This document shows positions 21,985 through 33,383 of a stretch of 39,434 nt of DNA, one piece after another; the stretch's first letter is position 1; each line of letters begins with the position of its first letter. This stretch comes from Halocafeteria seosinensis (Eukaryota). Made by a program: the position numbers and the translations under genes. The notes beneath the pieces were generated by a model. That model saw only the letters and a list, made by a program, of their open reading frames with translations. It did no database searches and was not told where the DNA came from. The stretch covers positions 1-39,434 of the forward strand of contig LVLI01000614.1 of assembly GCA_001687465.1 (NCBI GenBank). The letters run 5' to 3'.

Positions 21985-24900
21985 ATGTTTGGCTCATCGA
22001 ACTACGATGGGGCGTTTCCGCGAGGGGGCGCGCCTGTCGTGGCATCGGCCGTGCCGCGCCCGAAAGCTGCCTCCGCCACCAGTGGTCGAGGGCTCTTTGC
22101 TACCCAGACTCCCATGCATAACAACCGGAAAGCGTCGAAATCAGACAAGCTTGGCCGTTCTGGCTCGAAGAAAAAGAGGTCCCGAGACGATGCGGATGCC
22201 GATGGTGATCAGGATGGCGGATTGGACAGCAAATGGGTCGTGGCGAACCCTGCTCAACTCACCAAAACCCTCACATTCAAGGTATGTTCCATTTTCCAGT
22301 CATTCTTGCATGGTGCTGGTTCATGTACGAACGGTGGTTGAAATTCGTCCTCCGCAGGACCTTCGAACGGGAATGTGCCTTCTGGCGACTGTGAGCAAAG
22401 TCCAAAGCACTGTACTTCATCTTAGCTTGCCCTTCGCCCTGACGGCGAAGTGCTCCTTGGCAGAGGCCATAGATACAGAGAAATACGATTTCCAGTCAAG
22501 TAAATTGCCTTTCCAGGAAGGCGATATTCTCCCCTGCGCCATTGTATCGTTGGAAAAAAGGGAAGAGAGAAGCGTCATATGGGTGTCGTTACGGCCGAGA
22601 CTGGTCAATGCAGGACTCTCGATTGATCAAATAATGGACGGGGAAATTCTGTATGGATGGGTCTCGTCAGCTGAAGACCATGGATATACTATTGAGACGG
22701 GAATCGAGGGTGTCCGGACGTTTCTTCCATATAAGGATAACGACGGCTCGAATGGGCAGGGCACACCTCTTACTATCGGTGGTCCAATTTGGTGCACTGT
22801 CAAGAATGTGAAGCTTGAGAAGAGTGGAGAGCGCACTGTGGATCGAGGACTTCTTACTCTGGAATCTTACAGTCAGGATTTTGAAGGAGGCTCGGGAGTG
22901 GATAAGCTGAGCAAGAAGAAGGCGGACGCAGTCAACACCAAACTGAAGGGCAACTCCATCGCTGCAAGGTTATCAGGTGGACTCGGTTATAAATTGTCAG
23001 GTCTGAAACCTGGTTATCTTGTTAAAGGAGAAGTATATAAAATCGCTAAGACAGGACTGGTGGTGTCGTTTCTTGGTTTTTATCAGGGGTTTATTGGAAT
23101 GCAACATCTTCCCTTTCCTGCTGACGCTATGTGGAAGAAACAGTATACCAAGGGACAGAAAATTTATGCTAGAATAGTGTCAGTGGACACAGTGGAAAAG
23201 CACATAATTCTTAGCTCTGTTCCAAATGTTGTGCGGATGCACAAACCCAATTTCTCGTATGAAATTGGAGACATTATTGACGACGGTAGAGTCCTCAGAG
23301 TCGATCCAAAACTCGGAGTACTGGTATCCGCTGAGAAGAAAGTTTCCCAAGAATCTGGCGAAGCGTACAAAGTACCATGGAACAAGGTTGCCTTTATTCA
23401 TGTTTCTAGGCTCTCAGATAAGCGCGTAGATAATATCGAGCGACTGTACCAGCCCGGTTCAGATATAAAGTGTCGTGTGACGGCGTACTCGTGGATGGAT
23501 GGTATCGTGCTGGCATCGTCCCAGAAAAGCGTGCTAAACTCCCCTATCTTTTCCTACGACGATATACAGCCAGGGATGTTATTGAAGGGCATCCCAACGA
23601 ATGAACTTGAATCCGGGATTGTCTTCACTGTGGGGTCCAAGATCAAAGGGTTTGTCCCCAATATGCATGTTCTCGACAATGTGACGGATGAAAAAAGCCA
23701 CGCGTTGAAAAAATATAAGGAAAAGGTGATTGATCGGGAAGAATACGTTTCAGCTCGGGTTCTTTCAGTTGACAAAACAAAACGCCGTCTTATCCTCACT
23801 ATGAAACCGTCTATGGTCGAAACCTCTTCTCCTATAATAACATCATATTCGCAGGCCTCAGATATACTGACAGTATCGAGCAACAAAACCACTGATGATG
23901 ACAATGACAATGGCGCCATTGTATATGGAGTTGTCGATAAAGTTACGGACGCCGGAATTGTGGTCGCCTTCTTTGGCAACGTTAAAGGGTTGGTGCATAA
24001 GTCCGAGTTAGAAGCTGCCGGTATGGAAGACTTTAAACATGATTTTCGCCGAGGAGAAGTGCTTCGAGTCTCTATCTTGTCCGTGGACCCAGTCCGAGAG
24101 CGCATTAAACTCTCTACCTTGTTAACGAACAATGAACGAGTACACGCAGTAAACGGCAACGCTACCCCCTGTAACGAGGCGCGAGGTGGAATCCAGTCCG
24201 TGCAAGCTGTCGGTGCGGTGGATGGTAATAGACGCTTTCATATTTCTTCCGAGGCTAGCAACCGTATCCGGAAGTCGTCCAAAGCTCATCAAACTAATCC
24301 TCTGATCTCAGAACCTTATTTGCTTGTCTTAAGCAACTCTGAGAGAATATCTGTAGTTCCCATGCAGCACCTTTCAGATCATCCCTATGTTTGCCAAAAA
24401 ATATTTGAAAAATACGTCAGTGATTTAGAAGCAGGAAGGGATGTCGTAATTAGCAGTTGTTTGGCAATTGAACAAAAGAAGTTGTCTGGCACTGTCTTCC
24501 GAGCCCATCAGAAATGGCTGGGACAGGAAGCACGGGATATCCAGATTCTAACAGTAAAGCCTAGCCTTCTTTGGAGCTTCGGAAGGGAAAAACAGCTGAT
24601 TAAGTGTCCACGGCATTTCATGGAACTCAGTCAAGGTGATCTAGTTGTAGGCTATGTCGTCTCAGTTACTGCGTTTGGGGTCTTCGTTCGGTCCATGAAT
24701 GGATGCACGGGCATGGTTCCCCGCAGCTCGCTAATGAGGCAGTCGGAGTCTACGTTGGACTATACAATAGGTCAAAGCATCGTTGCTGTAGTGCAGTCAG
24801 TGGATCAGACTAAAGGTAGCTACGTGCTGACATTGCGCAGCGAACGAGTCTGCCAGAGAATGCGTACTTTGCGCGAGAATCTCTTAAATATGGAAGAGGA

Positions 24901-27900
24901 AAATGACACTGTTTATAACGGTGTCAGTTTCCCGTCCTTGTTTCTTTTGTCAGCCTTGCAAGGAGAAGACGAATTTAGGTGTAAGAAATCCGGCACGGAC
25001 GAGGATGAGCGATCTCAAGATGATGAAGATGACCAAGATGAGGCAGCCGGTGTTTCTGATGTCTTAACACACTCCCATCTTCCTCCGGGTACCGTTGTAC
25101 CAGCCACAGTGGAAGTGTTGCGCGAGTACGGTGCTGTCTGTAGTGTAACAGTTGAGAATAGCACTGTTCCAGCATTTTTGCATAAATCATTTTGTAAAGA
25201 CGATAAGACTATGAGTGTGGGAGCGTCGTTCAAAGCGGAGGTGTTGGATGTTGATGTGGAGAAGGGGATCATCGATATTGCTCCAAATATGTCACCCTCT
25301 AGGGCGCAAGACGTTAAAATAGGTGAGCAGGTAGACTGTACAATTCAACTTGTCCGAAAGAGAGATAAAACTCTACAATACGCTATTACGCGGCTATCTG
25401 GAAAGCACAGTGGATTAGCGATTTTGGCCCTATCTGACTATTATGTCACATCAGATCAGGCGGGGGAAGTATTGCATAGTCCTTTAGAGCAGGGGACTAC
25501 TCTTAAAGCTGTGGTCACCCATGTCCCTGATGGACAACAGCAATGTTTGAATTTTATGCTGTTGAGCCCGTTTCTTGCCGGAACGAAAGAAACCTCTGCC
25601 AGCAACGGTGCTCTCACGTCTGCCTCTAACTTGCGGCCGGGGATGAAAGCCATGGGGGTCGTATTACATGGACTGAAAAGGAAGCATGGAGGCGTAATAT
25701 CTATGCAAGTAAAATTAATGGGTGTGCGAGGACGCTACAAATGCACAGTGCCACTTTCAGAGGTTGTCGATTGCAACTTATCCAAGTTCTATGATTCACC
25801 TGAGTCGGTTCCAGACGAATCTTTGAAGAACGCCCTGAGTATCAAACAAGGTGCAGAGATAGCTGTCAAAATAGTCTCGGTAAAACTGCCTCCATCGAGT
25901 TCGGAGGTGAAGGAAGTATCAATTTATGCGACGACAAAAGAAGCGGATCTTGCGATACAGGAAGAACAGTTGCAACATTTCCGACCTTCTTGGCGTCCTC
26001 TGTATGCGGACGATGATGTGATTCCTGAGATTTATGAACCTGCGCCGATATCGTCTTCGAAGTGTTCCCTTTCTGATGGCACTCAGCTGGGAATCAAGCA
26101 TGATTCTGGAAAGGACGTTCCTGAATCCGCCGATAAGGATGGTATTCCTTGCAATAGTGGACTGAGAGCCGGCGTAGATTTACACTCTGGGAGCCTCGTG
26201 TCAGGCCTCGTTGAACGCGTTGACTCAGAGGGTCTTACAATTGGTTTGGGTAGTGGGATCCGAGGGAAGTGTCATGTGACAGAACTGGGATCATCAGCAG
26301 CAGACGTGGAAGGAACGTTAAAATCGATAAATGTTGGAGACCTCATATCGGTAGCGGTCATCCGACTGAATACTCGTTCCAAGCAACTAGAGGTGTCTTA
26401 TCGCCTTGCGACAACTCTCAGGACAAAGGCGGAAGAGTTTTCAATAGGATTGGCCGAAGTAAAGAACAAGAAGGCAAAAAAGAGTGTTTCAGGACCCAAA
26501 TCAGAAGTCTCACTCAATTTGCTTTGCGAGAAATTGGATGGGTATATTGCGGAGGTGAACGCGCTCTATCCTGGGAAACGAGTGGTCTGTAGGGTTGAAC
26601 GATTACATTCGGCAGTGGAAAATTTGAAGGAAAGCGTGCAAAAGCTGCATGGTAACAGTAAAGAACACACGTATCTCAATCAAGATACAAGACTTCGTGT
26701 TACATTTGGGTCAATGCTTGAAAAATTCGGGTACGTGAATGCAACACATAGTGCGGATCCTTCGGAATGGAAGAGCTTCCCGTTCGAAGAGCATGAAGAT
26801 GACGACATTGTTGACGCTGTCATTCTCAACTGCCCTGCGGAAGAGAACCCCACGGATACCCCATCGATTTCTTCGCTACGAAACCGCTTTGAGCTATCGT
26901 TCCGGGACAGTGCAAAGAAGAAGAGTAGTAAACTTCATAAGTCCAACAGTGCGAAAGAGGATGTGGCAAGCAAGTTTGTGAAATGGTTGACAAAAGAAGA
27001 AAACAACCTGTTCCATGGCATGCGCGAAGAGCAGAAAGGAAAAGGTTTCATTCTTAACACTTCGAAGAAAGGTTGCTTCGTTCAGCTGACACTATTCCAC
27101 GTTGCCCGCATCCTCGTATCTAACCTATCGAATACGTACGTCACTAACGTTGCCCAAGAGTTCCCTCCAGCGAAATTGGTAGTTGGCAACATAACCATGT
27201 TTGACGCGAAAACGAACCGCATCGAAATGTCGCTTAAGGACAAAGACGAAGATACGCCAACTGCTCCCAATTTAAATTGGATAGAACACGGCCAAGTTTT
27301 GGACGGTATCGTGGACTCTGTCACAGAGTTCGGTGCATTCGTAAAACTAATTGATCCGGTCTCTAAGAAGGTTTCGGACGTTAAAGGGCTATGTCATGTA
27401 TCGGAGCTATCTGATAAACCTTTAGAGAGAAGCCGCTTAGCAATCATGGAGCACATTAATCCGTCAGACACTGTCTGTGTATGTGTACTAAAAGTGGACC
27501 GACAGAAGGGCAAAGTTGCCCTCTCGATGAAGCCCTCAATGGTTCAGCAATCACTGCAGAATGCAACTACTTCTCAAAAGCATCGCACTAAAGAAAACGA
27601 AAACGAGAAGCGACTCCCTGACGCGAATGTCATAGACGATCTTAACGAGATCCAAGAAGACGATGGAGATGTCAACATGCTAAACCAAGACACTCAATCC
27701 TCGCGAAGCAATTTGTGGTCCGCGCCTGAATGGACGAAGGATTCGAGAAGCACTCTTGACATTGGCGATATCCAGTCGAAACTCACATTCTCAGGTACAA
27801 ACGATGTGCACGCTGAGGAAAAACGCCGAGCTGCTGGGGAGCAAAACCCCGCGAGCACTTCGGACTACGAGAAGCTTGTAGCTGCTCATCCACAAGACAG

Positions 27901-28645
27901 CAATTCTTGGATTCGTTTTATCGCATGGCTAGTTAGTGTGACAGAAATTGATCAGGCACGCAAAGTTGCTGAACGGGCGCTTTTATCCTTACGCTTTAAC
28001 GAGAAGGAAAGCAGGGCAATTTGGATTGCGTACTTAAATATGGAGCAACGCTATGGAGACGAGGACCGCTTGCGGCATATTTATGAAAGGGCTGTCGAAT
28101 CAAATAGTCCTCGCGCAATCCGTCATGCAATGGCGCATATTCTGCAGCAAAACGGTGACATCGAAGGAGCCGCAGGTGTCTGGAAAAAGATTGTTTCCAC
28201 GGAAAAAGATGATAAAGACACATGGTCAGAGTATTTTGAATTTCTGATGAGAAATGGGCAGGAAGCAGACGTGCACAGCAAGATCGATACAGCACTATCG
28301 CATGTCCCCACCATTCACCACTTGTGGCTTCTACAACGTGTGGCAGTGCTTGAGTTCAAATTTGCTAACCCTGAGAAAGGGAGAACAATGATGGAAAACA
28401 TTGTATCTTCATACCCGAAACGACCCGATGTTTGGAATGTGTACATTGATCAGGAGCTCTCTAGCGGTAATGTTGATGCCGCTAGAAAGCTGTTTGAGCG
28501 TGCTGTGAGTAGCAAGTGGAAACCGAAGAAGGTGAAAGCCATGTTCAAGAAGTGGTTACAGTTCGAACAAACGTCCGGCACCACAGAGAGCGTAAACCAT
28601 GTGAAGAGCCTCGCCCAGTCGTACGCTGAATCTTTGATGCAATGA
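21985..28645 (+). CDS. RRP5: rRNA biogenesis protein RRP5 (PDCD11), ~2194 aa; join(21985..22281,22358..28645)
   Basis: N-terminal FPRGG motif. The 76-nt intron (GTATGT...CGCAG) gives KTLTFK|DLRTGM. Multiple S1 domains (SSAEDHGY, AFIHVSRLSD, FFGNVKGLV, GLCHVSELSD) and C-terminal HAT/TPR repeats (IWIAYLNMEQRYG, YPKRPDVWNVYID, MFKKWLQFE). Confidence 0.96.
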
Positions 28646-28658
28646 AAACGCGGGTGAG

Positions 28659-30789
28659 TTACATCACTTCATAAGCTGGACCTCCTCCACCAGCCTCGGG
28701 AACCGTCCATTTGATGTACTCTTCGGGGGTCTTAATACTGCAAGCCTTACAGTGTACGCAGTTCTGCGCATTAATGACTAGCTTACCGTCTTCATCCGGA
28801 TACTCGTATACTTTGGCAGGGCAGAATCTGCTCTCAGGGCCCGCATATTTCTGATATGAAACCTGCTCTGGGACGTGCTCCTTTCCTTCTTTAATCTTTA
28901 GATGGGGTGGCTGATCATGGTTATGATTCGTACCCGACCGCGTCAAGTTCGTCAGTAGATCAAAGCTTAGCTTGCCATCTGGCTTCGGATATTCTATAGG
29001 TTTGCATTCAGATGCAGGAAGCGTCTTATCGCAGTCTCTCTCGCTCCATTTAAACGTCCAGGGCTCCTTTCCTCGAAGAAGGAATGCCGTTGCACCCGAG
29101 TACAGGGCTCCTGGAAGCAAACCGTACTTGAAGCTTGGATGAAAATTGCGAACTTCCTTCAACTCATCCCAGACCCAGCTTGATTCCATCTTCGTCTGGT
29201 ACGTAGACGGTTCGATACCAGCGGGTGCGCCGCTAACACCTTCTTCGCTCTCTACAGTAGATTGATGGTCCTTAAGGCTCTCGTAAACAGCCTCTCCCGC
29301 CAGCATTCCGCTCTTCATGGCAGTATGTGACCCTTTAATTTTCGGGACATTCAAAAATCCTGCACTGCAACCTACTAAGGCACCGCCTGGGAAACTAAGC
29401 TTGGGAATCGATTGATACCCGCCCTCATTGATACAGCGGGCGCCGTATTGGATACACTCTCCCCCTTCGAGATGCTGAGCCACGGTAGGGTGATGTTTGA
29501 ACCTTTGGAATTCACGGTAGGGGTTAAGATAGGGATTCTTATAGTCTAGACCCACAACAAATCCAACAAGAACTAAGTCAGGCTCCATGTGGTACAAGAA
29601 GCTTCCACCGTATACATCATGAGAAAGCGGCCAACCAAAAGTATGCTGAATATAGCCAGGTTTGAATTTCTCCTTCGGAATGCGCCAGACTTCTTTAAGT
29701 CCCAAGCCATACGTCTGCGGACAACTGTCCTCTCGTAGGTTCATTTTTTCCATCACTTCTTCCGAACAATTGCCGCGACATCCTTCAGCAAACAATGTTT
29801 GTTTTGCTTGCAGTTCCATACCTCTCGTAAAATTCTCCTTGGGAGTTCCATCCTTGCCAATGCCCATGTCACTGCACCGCGCAACATCAATGCAAAGTTG
29901 ACGTTCCTCAAGAATCGCCATATAGAAAGCACTTACGCAGTGGCGACACCGATGACCTGCCCTTCATCATTGTATAATACTTCTGATGCTGGTGTTCCTG
30001 GGAAAATTTCCACGCCCAATTCTTCAGCTTGTTCCCCGAGCCAGGCAGTCAATTTAGCCAGAGAAATGACGTAGTTCCCATGATTGTTGAGCAACGGAAT
30101 CGTCGGAAGACGCATTTGAGAGTCTGCAAGAAGTATCAGCTTACAAAAAGCAAGTTTAAAGAATGCTTCCGGCGGATACGTCACGACGTACTTTCTGTCA
30201 AATAGTAAAACTTGTCCTCCGCCGCTTCTGTTTCTAGCTGCAAATGGATGACGTAAAATATCCAAAGTAAAGCAAGACCACCCGAGACGAGACGAGTTGC
30301 TCATTGCTCAGGACATACCGGTGCTCCCCTTTCTTTCCAGTCTGGAAAGAGTTCATTTAATGCCCTTGGTTCGAAAACATTCCCCGACAAGATATGGGCT
30401 CCTACTTCATGACCTTTCTCAATGACGCAGACGCCGATGTCTTTTCCATTCTCATGGGCCAGTTGTTTGAGCCGGATAGCTGAGGACAAACCAGCTGGTC
30501 CGGCTCCAACAATGACGACATCAAACTCCATAGCTTCTCGGGGAGCCCTCAAAGGATCATCTTCGCTGCCGGAGGCCGCGGCAGCTGCTGATTCCTCTTC
30601 CATGAGGCAGCTCGACGTCGAGTACCCTCTCGCAGCTAGATTATTAGTTTGCAGAGAGGGTGTATTGCAGGGAAACAGCGGACAGAAACGGCGCAAACGA
30701 GCGCCATTGCCTTGTAAAGACCGATGCGCTGTTCCGGGCCGAAGATGACGGAGGCCTTTCGAGGCGACGTTTGTCACAGAACGCAGCAT
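28659..30789 (-). CDS. ETFDH: Mitochondrial electron transfer flavoprotein-ubiquinone oxidoreductase, ~638 aa; join(30789..30319,30237..30192,30123..29937,29871..28659)
   Basis: Arg-rich presequence; FAD motif [55 protein letters not shown]; 4Fe-4S motif RFCPA...[12 protein letters not shown]. Three GT-AG introns (81, 68, 65 nt). Confidence 0.97.
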
Positions 30790-30998
30790 TTTTTCAATAC
30801 CTACAGAAGAAGAGAGAAAAAGCACAACTAGTATGTATTTTTCACTAATCTATGCTTCTTGAAAACCCTTCAAAAGCGAGCATTATAGAGCATCGTAACA
30901 GATATTCCCGGCAAAAATTCCCCTCCACAAGAGGGTACAATCTTTTCTTATAGGTTCCGTTATCTCAACTTCAACCGAGGAAAGCCCAGCTACCCCAC

Positions 30999-31012
30999 GA
31001 TGGGGCCCCATC
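30999..31012. repeat. Perfect 14-bp palindrome GATGGGGCCCCATC in the divergent ETF-QO/ATG13 intergenic region
   Basis: Read directly from the sequence. Confidence 0.85.
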
Positions 31013-31233
31013 CTAAACTTTTACACGCTTCCAGGTGCTTCTAAACGAGACACATGCGCAAGATTCACTACGTGGTAGCAAAGACTTGCAGCAAAGTGCT
31101 ACAAAACATGATCTTTCCGCCTGAGAAAGTTTCAGGCTTCAAGTTGAAGTAGTTCACCACTCTGACTTTCGTTTCAGAGCACAGGTTGAAGTAGTAGTTT
31201 TGTTAAGCATATATTGTACAGAATTATGCTACG

Positions 31234-33083
31234 ATGAGCTCCTCGAGTACGGGCAACACAGCCAGTGGCAGTGGGGGAGGGGCGAGTGCTCTCGAGGCCA
31301 GTAGCTCCTCTATTTCATCGCGCACCACGGGAAGCAGCAAGGAGCAGAAAAAAATTGAGCAAATCGTCTTGGAAACCTTGTTTCGTTTAGTGGAGACTGT
31401 GCTCGTGAATCGGCTACCTCAGGAGGATTTGGATCTATTGGATCCCTCCTCTCAAGATGGCAATGGTGCTTCTGGAAGCACATATGCCAAACTGCAGCTA
31501 CGGTTGCTCTCGCTCCTAGGCTTACGGAACGCAATGAAAGACTGGAAAGACGATATTTATAAACCTCTCCAACTGGAGATCTGGGGAATGAAGAGGACAT
31601 CGTCCTCCTCGTCTGAAGATACAGCGGACGCCAATGTTGAATCAAGCAAGGTATGAACCAAAGAATGCCTGAAGTCTTTCAACAACTTCTTTCAACACGG
31701 CTTTCCGCAGGCAGTACTTCTCGAGCTCTACTATATTCATTACCGGCCACGAGACATGGATGTGGATGACAACACGGGAACGTCGGATCCCTCACTCACA
31801 GTCATTAAGGATATGCATGCCCTATATACCCGCTTATCCGTATTGATTCGGAGTCTATATGCTAGTGTCGTTGCTCTGCCCGCTGAGCAAGTAAGTCTGG
31901 AAATAACTGCGATTTTTTGTGTCGTCCAGTCCAGTCGACTCAACGTTCGTTCGTATTGCTTCAGTATCGTCGGGACGAATTTACGAGTGACAGCAGCGAC
32001 AAGAACGAACGAATCACATATGTTCTTAAAGTTCCAGTACAAGGGCCCCCTAACAGGGAGTCCGCCTTCGGCTATGATCAGCCCGCATCTGTGGTCACAT
32101 TGCCATCTACGCACACTGAATATGGGGTTTTAGAATGCTATTTCATGTATCATATGCAACCGCAACAGTTGCTTAAGCGTTATGAGGAAGAAACGGTATG
32201 TGCTAACATTGCAGTGAGAAGTCGCTGTCGCTACACAAATTTCCGCACTGCAGACTACCTATCATGTACAGCAAAAATCACCAAAACAAGGCCTCCTAAA
32301 CACTGGTTTGATAAAGTAAGTTGCCCGTCGGGGAGTCTGAGTAAATTTGTGTTCACTTTCGATGCGTATTCGATCCCCAGCAACTATGCCACCCTTGGCG
32401 AGGCTTCTACGGAGCACCAATCAACATCTTCGAAAGAGGAAGAGTATGCAAGTAACGATGTACGAACGCTGCCCCGAGAATTTGTTGAATTCGATGTTGG
32501 AACGCTGCGTTCGGATGACATCCTCAATAACTTTCCTAACCACTCGCTCTTCTCTCAATGCACTCTAGGTCAGAGCAGTTCGCGTGGGCACACTCGTATA
32601 AATTTCAGACGAGCTACAGGAGATGAAAGCAGTCACCCTCCTGATCGCCTTCCGGAGTTGCCTGTAATGCCCAATGAGCAAGGAAGTCATGCGTTGAAAC
32701 GATGGATCGATCAGAGATCGAATCACAGTGGCTCGCATCGAGCAGGAAGAACAAGTGCCCATGCCAAAGGGGCGGAATTGATTGCAATGGCAGGGGCTTC
32801 TACCGATTCAAGCGCTGAACAAATAGGGATATCTCCGTTGTCTGAATCCACTTGTGACTACACAGTGCAGGTCCAAGTGCTAGATAAGTTATTCAACTCT
32901 TTGGAAGCAAACCAACCGCTGGATTGCCAGCTGGAACATACTCTTGCTGAATCTTCCCGCGTATTCAACCGTTTACACTCTCGTGAAGAAGATGATACTT
33001 TTGACAGAAGGGACGCGTATCAGCCTCAATCGTCTACAGCGATGACCACCACGGTTGAGCAAAAGACTTCGGACGAAACCTGA
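31234..33083 (+). CDS. ATG13: Autophagy protein ATG13 (N-terminal HORMA domain, disordered C-terminus), ~530 aa; join(31234..31650,31711..31890,31965..32195,32254..32315,32381..33083)
   Basis: HORMA signatures KIEQIV...VLVNRL, PLQLEI, VLLELY, LYTRLSVLIRSLYASVVALPA and TEYGVLEC..MY. Four GT-AG introns (60, 74, 58, 65 nt) give a continuous frame. Confidence 0.82.
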
Positions 33084-33383
33084 GATTCATCGCATTAACA
33101 CTGAACATTTGACGCCTGCTTTACTGCCGTGCCTCTTTAACCTGTACTAAACGCACTAAGCCTTGATTCGTAAGAACAAGAATTTTTGAGCAGCACGCAG
33201 TGTTAAACTGGTTTGTATCCGCGTGCTCGTTATCGTTCTTCCTTTCCGCTCACAACGGGGGCTACTACAGAGAATGAACATCCCTTGTTGAATAAAGTGC
33301 ATGGAAATATTCCAAACGCTAGTTACTATTTTTCTTTACAGATTTTCTAACTGCCACACGGCACGATTTGGATACCGGCCCAA

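Noticed and set aside
21989..22357. N-terminal extension of the 2218-aa RRP5 ORF
   Set aside because: Wrong frame plus intron. The real first exon carries FPRGG in the frame starting at ATG 21985.
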